Positions 32,270 through 42,196 of a stretch of 64,000 nucleotides of DNA are shown here, in pieces. The notes beneath the pieces are model-generated. The model ran no database searches, was not told the origin of the DNA, and saw nothing but the letters and a program-made list of their open reading frames with translations. A program made the position numbers and the translations under genes. Every line of letters starts with the position of its first letter. Position 1 is the stretch's first letter. This stretch comes from Candidatus Bathyarchaeia archaeon. GTDB lineage: Archaea; Thermoproteota; Bathyarchaeia; 40CM-2-53-6. The stretch lies in the NCBI GenBank assembly GCA_049513715.1, contig JBEKVV010000004.1:96001-160000 (forward strand), written 5' to 3'.

Positions 32270-32445
32270 TGGTGCGGGGAAGGGGATTCGAACCCCTGAA
32301 GGCCTACGCGGATTCTACTGTTCTGATTCCTCTACGCCACAGGATCCCTTCTCTCCAGGCCGAAACGAAACGCTTTCGATCTTAAGTGTGGCCCCACCCA
32401 GAACCGGGCGGACCTGCCCCTTTGGCCTGGCTCGGGTACCCCCGC
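32270..32445 (-). tRNA. tRNA-Leu(TAA) with three BHB introns (30/31, 37/38, variable arm)
   Basis: Removing 32388-32412, 32346-32380 and 32304-32331 gives an 88-nt Leu cloverleaf ending CCA. Confidence 0.9.
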
Positions 32446-32580
32446 GCCGCACAACCCCACCAAACCCCAACCCAATCTTTAAGCTTCTTCCAAAGCAACC
32501 GACCGCCAAGGTTCCAGGAAACCGTTCTTTTGCTGCCAAACCCTCAAGGCTTTTAGTTTCGTAAAGCCGGTTCACGGGTT

Positions 32581-32724
32581 GGGCCCGTAGCTCAGGTTGG
32601 ATAGAGCGGCAGACCCCGCACACGCTGCGGGTGCACCTTTGCCGAACCCCCTAAGGAACACCGGAAAAAGCTGTAGAACCCTTAGGTGCAGAAGTCCGGG
32701 GTTCAAATCCCCGCGGGCCCGCCA
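32581..32724 (+). tRNA. tRNA-Arg (probably CCT) with at least three introns (30/31, 37/38, 45/46)
   Basis: Removing 32613-32646, 32654-32668 and 32677-32693 gives a 78-nt cloverleaf; C at position 33. Confidence 0.75.
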
Positions 32725-32728
32725 CCAT

Positions 32729-32977
32729 CTGCCAAGCCGGAGATACGGTGAAGAAGTCATGGCCTGGGTCAAACTAAAACCCGGTGCTACTGCAACATCC
32801 AAGGAACTAACAGACTACTGCAAGGGTAAGATTGCTTACTTCAAAATCCCATCATACTTCAAGTTCACCGACACTTATCCAATGACTGTCACAGGTAAGA
32901 TTCAAAAATTCAAGATTCGGGAAATATCTACCAAAGAGCTCGGGTTAGAAGAGGCAGCAGCCGTGAAAACGGCGTAG
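32729..32977 (+). pseudogene. C-terminal fragment of an acyl-CoA synthetase (AMP-binding enzyme)
   Basis: YGEEVMAWV...KIAYFKIP...[11 protein letters not shown] starting just after the tRNA CCA; N-terminal domain absent. Confidence 0.8.
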
Positions 32978-33013
32978 CTTATGGCCCTCCAGCATTTCTT
33001 CCCGTTCAGCATC

Positions 33014-33787
33014 CTAGAGGCCTAATGATATTGGCTCTTGAATGAAGGGAGTATGGCGCCCGATCCTCGAAATGCGGCTTTCAAGAAGAGAAGGTCCTGT
33101 TTCCAGGTCTAAGGGATGGCTCTGCCATGTGCTGCATTGGTTTTGGGTTTGGTCGAGTATTCGTGCTTCGAGCCTATAGTCGCTGTCCTCTTGTTTGGAT
33201 TTATACTCTATGATAACATCCGCGAACCGTTTGAGTATTGCTGTTTTCTTTGAATCATGCATGTCTTCGGTTGCTAGCAGAAATGCGGTTTGCCCGTTTG
33301 TTCGTATCCTGGTAAAGAGTTTGCATAGGAACGAGTAGAGTCCCGATGGGACCGTAGATACTGAGAGTACATTATCGAGAAAATCACCGACTATTAGCGG
33401 AATCCGTCCGGTTCTTGTTTTGGATAGTCTGTCAAGGCTTAGGCTTATGTCTGTCAAATCGGTGGGTGGGACTATGGTGAGGCGCGTGCCATTTGGTAAG
33501 TTCCCGCCATCTGTGAAAGTTGCCCAGAGAACTCTTGATCTTGCGGGTGGCCGAAGTGAAATGGGCGTGGTCGGCCCCAACGCCAAGAGGACGCTGTTGA
33601 TGTAGAGGTCCTTTGAAATGCTCAATGCGTCTTGGAGGATGTTGACTGCCCCGACATCTCCTTTGGTTATGGCGATGATGATTCTGTAATCTAGTATTGG
33701 TCGAGGGAGTTGAAGTAGCGCTGGGTAAGTCGCTGAATCAATAGCCGTAATCGGACGGCTGTAATCTGTGCTGGTGTTGAAGGACAT
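33014..33787 (-). CDS. degenerate KaiC/RecA-like domain protein
   Basis: P.DLTDIS..L, H......L...AD.IIE pattern; no Walker A. Confidence 0.5.
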   Translation of the reverse strand: MSFNTSTDYSRPITAIDSATYPALLQLPRPILDYRIIIAITKGDVGAVNILQDALSISKDLYINSVLLALGPTTPISLRPPARSRVLWATFTDGGNLPNGTRLTIVPPTDLTDISLSLDRLSKTRTGRIPLIVGDFLDNVLSVSTVPSGLYSFLCKLFTRIRTNGQTAFLLATEDMHDSKKTAILKRFADVIIEYKSKQEDSDYRLEARILDQTQNQCSTWQSHPLDLETGPSLLESRISRIGRHTPFIQEPISLGL

Positions 33788-33839
33788 GCCGAGCGCCGGA
33801 ACATCAATGTACTGTTTTACGTATATTAATGTTTCATGG

Positions 33840-34088
33840 ATGTGGAAAACACATGAATCAACTCCAACAAAGACGCCAGAACATAATGGAGACATGTCAA
33901 TGGCGGCTCTCACAAAACTCTCGAAGTATGCTGGCGGCCTGGTTTGCACATTCGGCGGACTCTATCTGGGCAATGCATACGGCGCGGGGTACTGGCGCTT
34001 TGGCCCACTAAACCTAGCTTGGGACACGATCTTCCGCGGAACCATGCTGGTTCTGATCGGATTCATGCTGATCAGAATTAGCAAATAG
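33840..34088 (+). CDS. small membrane protein (start uncertain)
   Basis: Two hydrophobic helices. Confidence 0.45.
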   Translation: MWKTHESTPTKTPEHNGDMSMAALTKLSKYAGGLVCTFGGLYLGNAYGAGYWRFGPLNLAWDTIFRGTMLVLIGFMLIRISK

Positions 34089-34312
34089 CTTGAACATTCA
34101 GCACCAAACATTGTCACGTTAGCGCTTTCCCGGCATAATGACGCCGACAGCAAGTAATGGCCATGCATATTGCAGGGTCCATGTCTACGTAAGCATTGTA
34201 ATCCTGTAACAACTTCCAAAACTTCCGAGTTGTGATTTTACTTGAACTTGTCAGTATGGTAGAGCATCCTTTTTTTAGGGGAACAACTCGGAGGCCGCGA
34301 AAGGTGCAAGAC

Positions 34313-35059
34313 TTGAAAAAACTACTGGTTGCCACAATCATTCTAGCGGTCATGATTACCTTTTCAGTCGGAACATCGATTCCTGTTCGTTCACAGACTC
34401 AACAAAAGGCATTGATTCTCTCGTCACTCGAGAAATATCAACCCACACATTATCTTGACAGAACAATACGATACCTGACCAACGATGGATACAACGTTAC
34501 TCTCGTAAAGGATACTGCGGTGACCTTGAACTTACTGACAACACAACTGAACAACTACGACGTAGTATTCTGGCGCACTAATGTCTACGAGTGGCATCAC
34601 GTAACCTACTGGTACGTAGGGGAGCTAACCAACAAGGCAACAATGCAAGCGTACACTCAAGATGTCACCAACGGTTACGTGGACGACACAAACGCCATAC
34701 TCGGCATTAACATGAACTTCCTATTCGAGCATTTCCCGGCAGGCTCGCTGAACCATGTCAAACTGGCGGTTTTGACAGGTAGTTCCACAGCCAACATTGC
34801 CGATGTATTCGTTGCAGCTGGCGTGAAAGGAACCGTCGACTACTACCAATCAGTTTCTTTGGCATTTGGAGAAACAGACGAAATCACAGCGATAGTCGTC
34901 GCCTACTTGACAAGCGGGGTTTCGCTTCAGAATGCAGTCTGGCAGACCCTCATCCCATTTATCAGTCAACAGATAAATGGGGGCCCAGACCCGCTGGTCG
35001 AGACCAGCCAGATCCCTCCGCTATGGTACTTCGGCAGCGGTACACTGACGATACCTTAG
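34313..35059 (+). CDS. secreted hypothetical protein
   Basis: MKKLLVATIILAV signal peptide. Confidence 0.65.
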   Translation: MKKLLVATIILAVMITFSVGTSIPVRSQTQQKALILSSLEKYQPTHYLDRTIRYLTNDGYNVTLVKDTAVTLNLLTTQLNNYDVVFWRTNVYEWHHVTYWYVGELTNKATMQAYTQDVTNGYVDDTNAILGINMNFLFEHFPAGSLNHVKLAVLTGSSTANIADVFVAAGVKGTVDYYQSVSLAFGETDEITAIVVAYLTSGVSLQNAVWQTLIPFISQQINGGPDPLVETSQIPPLWYFGSGTLTIP

Positions 35060-35179
35060 TCAGCTCACGTACATCGAACCGTGACTCGCTTAACCTCCCT
35101 CTTTATTTCGGTGACGTTCTACTCAATACCTAGAATTCCACAGCTTCGTGCACTAAGGCAATTCGTATAAAGTTCCTCA

Positions 35180-36355
35180 TTGATGCTCGTACTGGTGCAT
35201 TTGTCCTTCGTCAAGGAGCCGGTGGTAATCCACAAAGGGCTCGACAATGTCTACGTCAAAGAAAGCAACATCTGCTTCATAGATGGAGAAGCCAGCAAAC
35301 TGTTCTACCGCGGTTACAGCATCGAAGACCTAGCCAAGGACTCAAGCTTCGAAGAAACCTCGTATTTACTAATCCACGGAACGCTCCCCACTAAACCCCA
35401 ACTTTGCGAATTCAACCGCTTACTCGAATCCTACAGGTCACTAGAGCCAGCCGCATTGCGGTTAATCCGGTCATTTCCAACCTCAAGCGATCCGATGGAT
35501 GCGCTGAGAACAGCTGTTTCTGCACTAGGCCTGTTTGACCCCCAACCGCTTAATGACAGCATAGATTCTAAGATTGACAAGGCGCTTCGAATTCTCGCGA
35601 AGATTCCCACAATAATATGCACGTTGGACCGAATCAGAAATGGCCACGAACCGGTTTCCCCGAAAACGGGATTGAGCCATGCCGCAAACTTCCTTCATAT
35701 GCTCACGGGGAAGGAACCTGACCCATACGACGTCCATGTTATGGACGTGGCGATGATTCTTCACGCTGAGCATGAAATGAATGCCTCCACCTTCTCCTGT
35801 ACTGTCACGGCATCAACTTTGGCGGACATGTACTCCATAGTTACTTCTGGAATCGGAACATTGAGAGGGCCACTCCATGGCGGGGCCAACGAAGCAGCAT
35901 TGAAGACCGTGATGGAGGTGGGTGATCCCTCGAAGGCGGAAGCCTATGTTGCACAAGCCCTAGCTCAGAAGAAGAGGATCATGGGATTCGGCCACAGGGT
36001 CTACAAAACATGGGACCCAAGGTATGTCATACTCAAAGAACTCGGGGGAGAGCTAGCTGCAAAAAGGGGACAAAGGAAATTGTTTGAGACCGCGGTTGCT
36101 ATTGAAAACAGCGCTAGAAAACACTTGGAAGGCACACAAATATTCCCCAACGTGGACTCATACTCTGGTATTGTGTTTCACATGCTGGGAATCCCCACCG
36201 ACCTATTCACACCGATATTTGCGATGAGTAGAATCGCCGGATGGACAGCGCACTCAATTGAATACCTGCGATCCAACCGCCTGATTAGGCCTAAAGCCTT
36301 CTACGTTGGAAAGACTAGCTTATCGTACACGCCCATTGAGGCGAGAGAAACTTAG
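35180..36355 (+). CDS. gltA: citrate synthase / 2-methylcitrate synthase
   Basis: HAEHEMNAST, GPLHGGAN, MGFGHRVYK, PNVD. Confidence 0.93.
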   Translation: MMLVLVHLSFVKEPVVIHKGLDNVYVKESNICFIDGEASKLFYRGYSIEDLAKDSSFEETSYLLIHGTLPTKPQLCEFNRLLESYRSLEPAALRLIRSFPTSSDPMDALRTAVSALGLFDPQPLNDSIDSKIDKALRILAKIPTIICTLDRIRNGHEPVSPKTGLSHAANFLHMLTGKEPDPYDVHVMDVAMILHAEHEMNASTFSCTVTASTLADMYSIVTSGIGTLRGPLHGGANEAALKTVMEVGDPSKAEAYVAQALAQKKRIMGFGHRVYKTWDPRYVILKELGGELAAKRGQRKLFETAVAIENSARKHLEGTQIFPNVDSYSGIVFHMLGIPTDLFTPIFAMSRIAGWTAHSIEYLRSNRLIRPKAFYVGKTSLSYTPIEARET

Positions 36356-36362
36356 GGATTGG

Positions 36363-36797
36363 ATGAGGATGAACGTAGGAGATATCATAACGAGACCGCT
36401 CCTCACTATCCCTCCGGGGGCAACTTTGATCGACGCAGCCAAAGTGATGGTTGAGAATAACTTGGGCCTGCTCGTCATATGCGATGCAGAAGACAAGACA
36501 AAAGTAGCAGGGGTGATCTCGGAACGGGACATCATCAAATCCATCGTCTCAGGAAAACTCCTGAACGCTCCTGTAGCAGAAGTGAGCACAAAACACGTGG
36601 TTACAGTGAAAGCAAACTCTGAAGTCGCCGAGGCTGCCAAAGCGATGAATAAGCACAGGATCAGGCACGTTGTAGTAGTGGATGAACACAACAAGCCTAT
36701 CGGCGTCGTCTCGATGCGGGACTTAGTCGGCGAACGCGCAACCCTGACCGCGATTCTTCAATCTCAAGAGAAAGAAGTCTTCATCGGAGGAGACTGA
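36363..36797 (+). CDS. CBS-domain protein
   Basis: GVISERDI, IRHVVV, GVVSMRD. Confidence 0.9.
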   Translation: MRMNVGDIITRPLLTIPPGATLIDAAKVMVENNLGLLVICDAEDKTKVAGVISERDIIKSIVSGKLLNAPVAEVSTKHVVTVKANSEVAEAAKAMNKHRIRHVVVVDEHNKPIGVVSMRDLVGERATLTAILQSQEKEVFIGGD

Positions 36798-36798
36798 G

Positions 36799-38127
36799 CT
36801 AACGCAGGGCCTGCATTTTCTGAACTAGGTCAGCTAATGCTACTTCCGTTTCAGTCCCATCTGCCATGCGCCTAACTTTGACGACTTTCGATTCAATTTC
36901 CTTGGGGCCAACGACTATTAGGTATGGTATCTGAAGCGAATTCGCGTATTCCAACTGCTTTCCCAACGCCCGGCCCTTCAAATCGGTCTCAGTAGAGATT
37001 CCGTTGTCGCGTAGTTTCTGAGTCAGTCGCACTGCTTCGTTCCTTGAGCTCTCCTGAACTGCTGCAACATAGACTTGAGCGGCTTGGTGGGTTTTCGGAA
37101 ATAGATTCGCCCTTTCGAGCGAGATCATGAGCCTTTCAATTCCGCCAGCAACGCCAGTAGCTGGTATGTCGCGTTTTCCGTAAACCTTGCAGAGTTTATC
37201 ATATCGTCCCCCGCCGAAAATTGAGCCAACGTCCTCTCCGCCTTTATCGAAACCCTCGAATACTATGCCGTCGTAGTAACCGATTCCACGGACAATGCTT
37301 AGGTCAAATATGCAGCGGTCCGAGCGGCCGGCTGCAGAGAGAGCGTCGGCCAGAATTGTCAGCTCCTCTAGCCCTTTCTGTGCGAAAGGGTCTTCAAATT
37401 TGAAGCTGGCCAGCTTCTCTAGCACCTTTGAAGCTGACCCATTTAGTGAAGCGTAGGAAAAGATCTCGTCGGCCACAGGTTCCGTAATGTTGATCGCTTT
37501 GAATTCGCTTTCGAGCTGTTGGCGGCTCTCTTTGCGAATTTTGTCGATGATTCGAAGCGATTGCTCCAATTGATCTTGCGAGCGTACTCCGAGCTGCTTG
37601 AGGTATGCTTCACTCAGCTTCCTGTTTCCTATCCGGATGACGTAGTCCTTCAGACCCACATTGGCAAGTATGTCCGCTCCAACGCAAATGGTCTCGGCGT
37701 CGGCTAACGGGCTGGGGGAGCCGAAAATCTCCACATCCCACTGCGTGAAGTACCTGTACCGACCAAACTGCGGCTCTTCATAACGCCAGTTCCCGCCTAT
37801 TGCTGCAAATTTGATTGGTTCAGGCATATCGGAACGACTGGCGACCATGCGTGACAAGCCCACAGTTAGGTCGAAGCGTAGCCCAAGACCGCGGCCAGCC
37901 TTATCTTCAAACCAGTATATCTGGTCTCGAATTGCGGGCCCGCTCTTCGCCTCAAGCGTGTTCAGGTTCTCAATTGTTGTGGGCTCAACCATCTGGAAGC
38001 CATATCTATGAACGACCTCGCGGATTCTTTCGTACAACCACAAGCGTCGGTTCATCTCCTCCGCTTCTGTATCCTTCATTCCGCGGGGTAGGCTAAAGAC
38101 GTCTGAAACCAATTGCCACAAGCTCAA
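36799..38127 (-). CDS. hisS: histidyl-tRNA synthetase
   Basis: PRGMKD, LRFDLT, WRYEEPQ.GRYR, RGIGYY.G, GGGRYD, GIER. Confidence 0.97.
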   Translation of the reverse strand: MSLWQLVSDVFSLPRGMKDTEAEEMNRRLWLYERIREVVHRYGFQMVEPTTIENLNTLEAKSGPAIRDQIYWFEDKAGRGLGLRFDLTVGLSRMVASRSDMPEPIKFAAIGGNWRYEEPQFGRYRYFTQWDVEIFGSPSPLADAETICVGADILANVGLKDYVIRIGNRKLSEAYLKQLGVRSQDQLEQSLRIIDKIRKESRQQLESEFKAINITEPVADEIFSYASLNGSASKVLEKLASFKFEDPFAQKGLEELTILADALSAAGRSDRCIFDLSIVRGIGYYDGIVFEGFDKGGEDVGSIFGGGRYDKLCKVYGKRDIPATGVAGGIERLMISLERANLFPKTHQAAQVYVAAVQESSRNEAVRLTQKLRDNGISTETDLKGRALGKQLEYANSLQIPYLIVVGPKEIESKVVKVRRMADGTETEVALADLVQKMQALR

Positions 38128-38230
38128 GAAGCGAATATGGTGGCCTTCCTATAATCTTGTGACTCGGGCGCTGATTGATTCAGGTGTAACGTTTTATAGT
38201 GAAGTGCAACAGATGGCCAAATGATCATGA

Positions 38231-38743
38231 ATGATAGCTAAGACCCGCGATATCGGAACCGCAACGCTAGGCGGTTCGGTTGCTGCCGGAGCAATCGGGA
38301 CAATCTTGAGCATGGCCGATGTTCCCTACTCATTTGCTATTGGAGCCCTGATAGGTGGAGCGGTAGGAGCGTACCTACTCTATGGCAAGGTTGGGCATGC
38401 CGCACTTGTTGGTGCAATGTCTGGTTTGCTCGGTGTCCCATTCCTCTTAGGCCTGTCCCAAGTACTCGTGATTTTTGAATTGATACCTATACCTCCAGGG
38501 CCTCAGCCAGCAATGGCGGAGTTGCAGCTAGAGGTCTTCGTCATTTTTGGCATAGATATCGTAGCAGGTGTCATAGGGGGATCAGTCATAGGAGCCATTC
38601 GCCATCCGCAGACGCAATTGCCGCCCCCGCCACCACCGCCTGGGTCCACGCCTGCTCAGGCTAGGTACTGTGTTCAGTGCGGAGCCCATTTGCCCGCGGG
38701 GGCCCTGATTTGCCCGCACTGCAATGCTAGGCAACCACAATAA
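38231..38743 (+). CDS. membrane protein with Pro-rich linker and C-terminal zinc ribbon
   Basis: 4 TM, poly-Pro, CVQCG...CPHC. Confidence 0.75.
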   Translation: MIAKTRDIGTATLGGSVAAGAIGTILSMADVPYSFAIGALIGGAVGAYLLYGKVGHAALVGAMSGLLGVPFLLGLSQVLVIFELIPIPPGPQPAMAELQLEVFVIFGIDIVAGVIGGSVIGAIRHPQTQLPPPPPPPGSTPAQARYCVQCGAHLPAGALICPHCNARQPQ

Positions 38744-38752
38744 ACCGCAGCA

Positions 38753-39331
38753 CTAGACATGTAGTGGGGTCAGCGTATAGTATACTATATCCGTGCGTCG
38801 GTCAACCACCGCTAGGATCAGTTCCTTCTTCTCCCGTTCTGCGATCGTCAGAAGCTTTTCCAGTTTCCGCAGGCTCGCCTCTCCGCCCTCGTAAACGATG
38901 GATATGAGTCGCCTGAGTGGACCTTTTCCGTAAATATCGAAATCAAAGTTTCCACCGGATTCTCTGACAATATAACCCCTATCTCTCAGATCCCGATAGA
39001 CTAAGTATTTGATCCAGATTTCGGGTTTGACGAGGGAGAATTTCCTGACGAGGTCTCGCAAGTTAACTTCTTTTTCGTCCTTCTTTGTAGAGACGTGGAT
39101 TTTCTGTTTCTCGATGAGGTAGAAGGACTCGTAGGGTGTGAAGTAGAGTCTGTCCTTCTTGAGGTCTCCGAACCCCCTGTCCCGGAGTTCCATGAGGTCA
39201 GATTTGTAGGGTATGTACACACCGTGCGCATCAGAGAATGCGCTCCAAGGGGTAAACTGAGGCTTCTCCTCCGCTTGAATAGGAGGTTTGGCACTCTGCG
39301 GAGGCGGCGCGCTATTCTCCATGAAGACCAC
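38753..39331 (-). CDS. endA: tRNA-splicing endonuclease, structural (beta) subunit
   Basis: YLVYRDLRDRGYIV, LILAVVD....VYY; catalytic Tyr (KYG) and His absent. Confidence 0.85.
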   Translation of the reverse strand: MVFMENSAPPPQSAKPPIQAEEKPQFTPWSAFSDAHGVYIPYKSDLMELRDRGFGDLKKDRLYFTPYESFYLIEKQKIHVSTKKDEKEVNLRDLVRKFSLVKPEIWIKYLVYRDLRDRGYIVRESGGNFDFDIYGKGPLRRLISIVYEGGEASLRKLEKLLTIAEREKKELILAVVDRRTDIVYYTLTPLHV

Positions 39332-39534
39332 TTGCCAAGCGAAAAGACGCCGTTGGCTTAATGCTTTTGCAGCAGGCGAAGCTGTTTGATGAGCATGACG
39401 AGAGGTTGAGTTTTCGTTACCGCGTTTCGCAAATTACACAACAAAAATGCATTTAGTCATGGGCTGGGTCCCTTGACGCACATTAGCTGCGAAGGTTAAT
39501 TCTGGCGTCGCTACTGGTTTGGGCTGGTAGGGCG

Positions 39535-40584
39535 TTGTTGCGTATGAAGCCAATGTCGGAGTTGCGAACGATTGAATGGGTAGGCAACAAAGTACGTATG
39601 ATTGACCAGACGAGGCTTCCGTACCATCTCGCGCTTGTCACTTTCAGTAACTATCGGCAGGTGGCTAGGGCCATCAAGGAAATGGTGGTACGAGGGGCAC
39701 CCGCTATTGGTGTTGCCGCAGCAATGGGCCTCGCGCTTGCAGCTGACGCAAGCCGAACCAAGAAACGAGACAGATTCATGCGCGAGCTAAGCACAGCAGC
39801 GGAAGCTCTCAAACAAAGCCGACCGACTGCCTGGAATCTGTTCTGGGCAATTGACAGGGTTATGCAGGTCGCAGAGACAGCAGGCGAGCCGAATGAAATC
39901 GCTGACAGAATTATTGCGGAGGCGAAGCGAATGGCGGAATATGATGTGGAGACTAACCGAAGAATCGGTGAATTCGGCTCGGCGCTGCTCAAAGATGGAG
40001 ACCAGGTTCTAACTCATTGTAACGCTGGAACGTTGGCCACTGTGAGCTACGGCACAGCTCTGGCTCCGATTCGTACCGCCATGAATCAGGGAAAAATGGT
40101 GCGAGTCATTGCGACCGAGACACGTCCTAGGCTTCAGGGGGCAAAATTGACGAGCTACGAGCTTTTGCGAGATAGAATTCCTGTGACTTTGATAGTTGAT
40201 GGCGCAGCAGGCTACGTGATAAAAACAGGGAAGGTCAGCGCGGTGATCGTTGGGGCTGATCGAGTGACAAGGAAGTTCGTGGCAAACAAAGTTGGGACGT
40301 ATATGATTGCTCTTGCAGCTCAGGCAAATCATGTTCCGTTCTATGTTGCGGCGCCTTCGTCGACATTCGATCTTAGAACCGGTCATGAAGATGTAGAGAT
40401 TGAAGAACGGAGCGCACAGGAGGTAACCCACATCGAAGGAAAACGCATTGCCCCAAAGGGAATCAACGTATTCAATCCAGCCTTCGACCTGACACCGGTA
40501 GAACTTGTGACAAGTTTCATTACTGAAAAAGGTGTGGTTGGGCCTGAGATGGTTATGGCTGGGAGCCTGCAGCCCGGAACCTAG
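39535..40584 (+). CDS. mtnA: methylthioribose-1-phosphate isomerase
   Basis: DQTRLP, VRGAPAIG, RPTA, THCNAG.LAT, ETRP..QG. Confidence 0.9.
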   Translation: MLRMKPMSELRTIEWVGNKVRMIDQTRLPYHLALVTFSNYRQVARAIKEMVVRGAPAIGVAAAMGLALAADASRTKKRDRFMRELSTAAEALKQSRPTAWNLFWAIDRVMQVAETAGEPNEIADRIIAEAKRMAEYDVETNRRIGEFGSALLKDGDQVLTHCNAGTLATVSYGTALAPIRTAMNQGKMVRVIATETRPRLQGAKLTSYELLRDRIPVTLIVDGAAGYVIKTGKVSAVIVGADRVTRKFVANKVGTYMIALAAQANHVPFYVAAPSSTFDLRTGHEDVEIEERSAQEVTHIEGKRIAPKGINVFNPAFDLTPVELVTSFITEKGVVGPEMVMAGSLQPGT

Positions 40585-41354
40585 GTACGGTTAGTTCCAT
40601 CAAGTTCTTGCAGTGGCTTCTTGCCTACTTGCAGGACGATTTCCACAGGGCAGTGCGTTACGGCTTCAATTTTGTTCTTCCATTCGGATCCCATCCCGAC
40701 CAGTGCGTACATGCCAGTTACTTCGCTTTTGGCTTTTTGGACGATCCGGGTTAGAGCGATTTGTGTCTCTCCACTATCAATGACGTCGTCCACAATTAGG
40801 ACGCAGTCACCTTTCCTAAATGCGTCCCTTGGAACGAAGAGGCTGATCATGATTGCTGTTTTGCTGGGAATGTAGATTTCTTCGATGAACTCGCGGACGC
40901 CCACTTCCCTCTGCTTTTTCGCGATCACGAGTCCGACGCCGAGCCTGTGAGCAAGAAGTGCAGCCAGCGGTATACCGTCCACGGCTGCGGCCAGAATCTT
41001 GGTGATTCGCATTCCAGCGAAAGCATTCACGGCATGTTGAACGGCGCGTTCAAGGAGAAGGGTGTCTGAGATTAGTTTGGTGTTGTCGAAATACCCTGAA
41101 TCATCGAATCGGATTCTTTGCTGAATCTCGCCTTCAAGGCGCATGATTTTCTGGAGTGTGCGGTTAATGTTCTGAGCCCTGTCGATTGTTGGGAGCACGT
41201 GCCCCTTCACGTACCGGCTCAGTACGGTTTCTGGCAGGCCGATGATTTGTGCGAGTTCCCTGTAAGTGTAGTAGTTCTTGGCTAGGTTCAGGAGCTCGAT
41301 GGTCATCAGCTTGTACTTCAGGTCGGATATACGTGAACCTGTTCTCAATGTCAC
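40581..41354 (-). CDS. HTH + phosphoribosyltransferase (PurR-like) protein
   Basis: YTYRELA..GLPETVLSRY HTH; VLIVDDVIDSGET. Confidence 0.85.
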   Translation of the reverse strand: MTLRTGSRISDLKYKLMTIELLNLAKNYYTYRELAQIIGLPETVLSRYVKGHVLPTIDRAQNINRTLQKIMRLEGEIQQRIRFDDSGYFDNTKLISDTLLLERAVQHAVNAFAGMRITKILAAAVDGIPLAALLAHRLGVGLVIAKKQREVGVREFIEEIYIPSKTAIMISLFVPRDAFRKGDCVLIVDDVIDSGETQIALTRIVQKAKSEVTGMYALVGMGSEWKNKIEAVTHCPVEIVLQVGKKPLQELDGTNRT

Positions 41355-41450
41355 GCCTTCTGCAATTGCTTTGACAAGTTAGGACATGCACATGCCCATG
41401 CTATGGGGTATTAATACTTTCGACACGAATTGACACAAAGAGTACGTCGA

Positions 41451-41885
41451 CTATTGCCGGGTATCGACAGTTCCTTGGCTATCTTGATACCTGCCATGGT
41501 ACGGTCGTAGCGTTTTCGTGCTAAGGGGGTGAAAGGCGATTTGCAGAAATCTGTCACCCTTGTTCATGTTGAATGGTGCCGTTCCGGCGTTGTAAAGTGC
41601 TATCGTCAACTGGCCGCGGAATCCCGGGTCGACCAAGGCTAAGCTTGCGAAGATTCCCGCGCGAGCCAGAGATGACCGAATATGCAATGTCCCTGCCATA
41701 TCCTCCCCCAACTCAACACGCTCGAGGGTTGCCACCAGGTGATGCTCGTGAGCTTCCATGTGTAATTTGGCGGCTAATCTCAGGTCGTAGCCCGATCCGT
41801 TCAGGCTTGACGAGTCGAAGGGGTTGATCACGAGTGAACCGTCCTGAACGCGTTTCTCGATTTCCACATCTGACAGAAGAGTCAT
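41451..41885 (-). CDS. dcd: dCTP deaminase
   Basis: GYDLRL, RSSLARAG, VDPGFRG, Y.GRYQ. Confidence 0.88.
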   Translation of the reverse strand: MTLLSDVEIEKRVQDGSLVINPFDSSSLNGSGYDLRLAAKLHMEAHEHHLVATLERVELGEDMAGTLHIRSSLARAGIFASLALVDPGFRGQLTIALYNAGTAPFNMNKGDRFLQIAFHPLSTKTLRPYHGRYQDSQGTVDTRQ

Positions 41886-41982
41886 TGAAAATCCGGCTTG
41901 CGTTATCTAGAGTCTGCAGCTAACTGTCTTGTCCATGTGCCAACCTATAGATTCATCTTGTACTATTGCTGCGTGATGCTTT

Positions 41983-42097
41983 GGGCCCGTAGTCGAGCCA
42001 GGATTAAGACACAGCGACTCCAATGAGTCGTGTAGGCCTTCGGTGCAAATGCGGGGAAAGCCTGGGATCCGGGGTTCGAATCCCCGCGGGCCCGCCA
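41983..42097 (+). tRNA. tRNA-Arg(TCG) with two BHB introns (29/30, 37/38)
   Basis: Removing 42015-42035 and 42044-42058 gives a 79-nt cloverleaf. Confidence 0.92.
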
Positions 42098-42196
42098 CCT
42101 GTTTTCCAGCAAGCGAATCCCCTACTCGCGAAAGGAGTCTGCGAATAGTACAAATACTAAGGTATCTTCTCACACGAAAACTGTAACTGAGATCTG

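Noticed and set aside
32181..32802. ORFs overlapping tRNA loci (also 41907, 48575, 52458, 54374)
   Set aside because: Explained by GC-rich tRNA and intron sequence.
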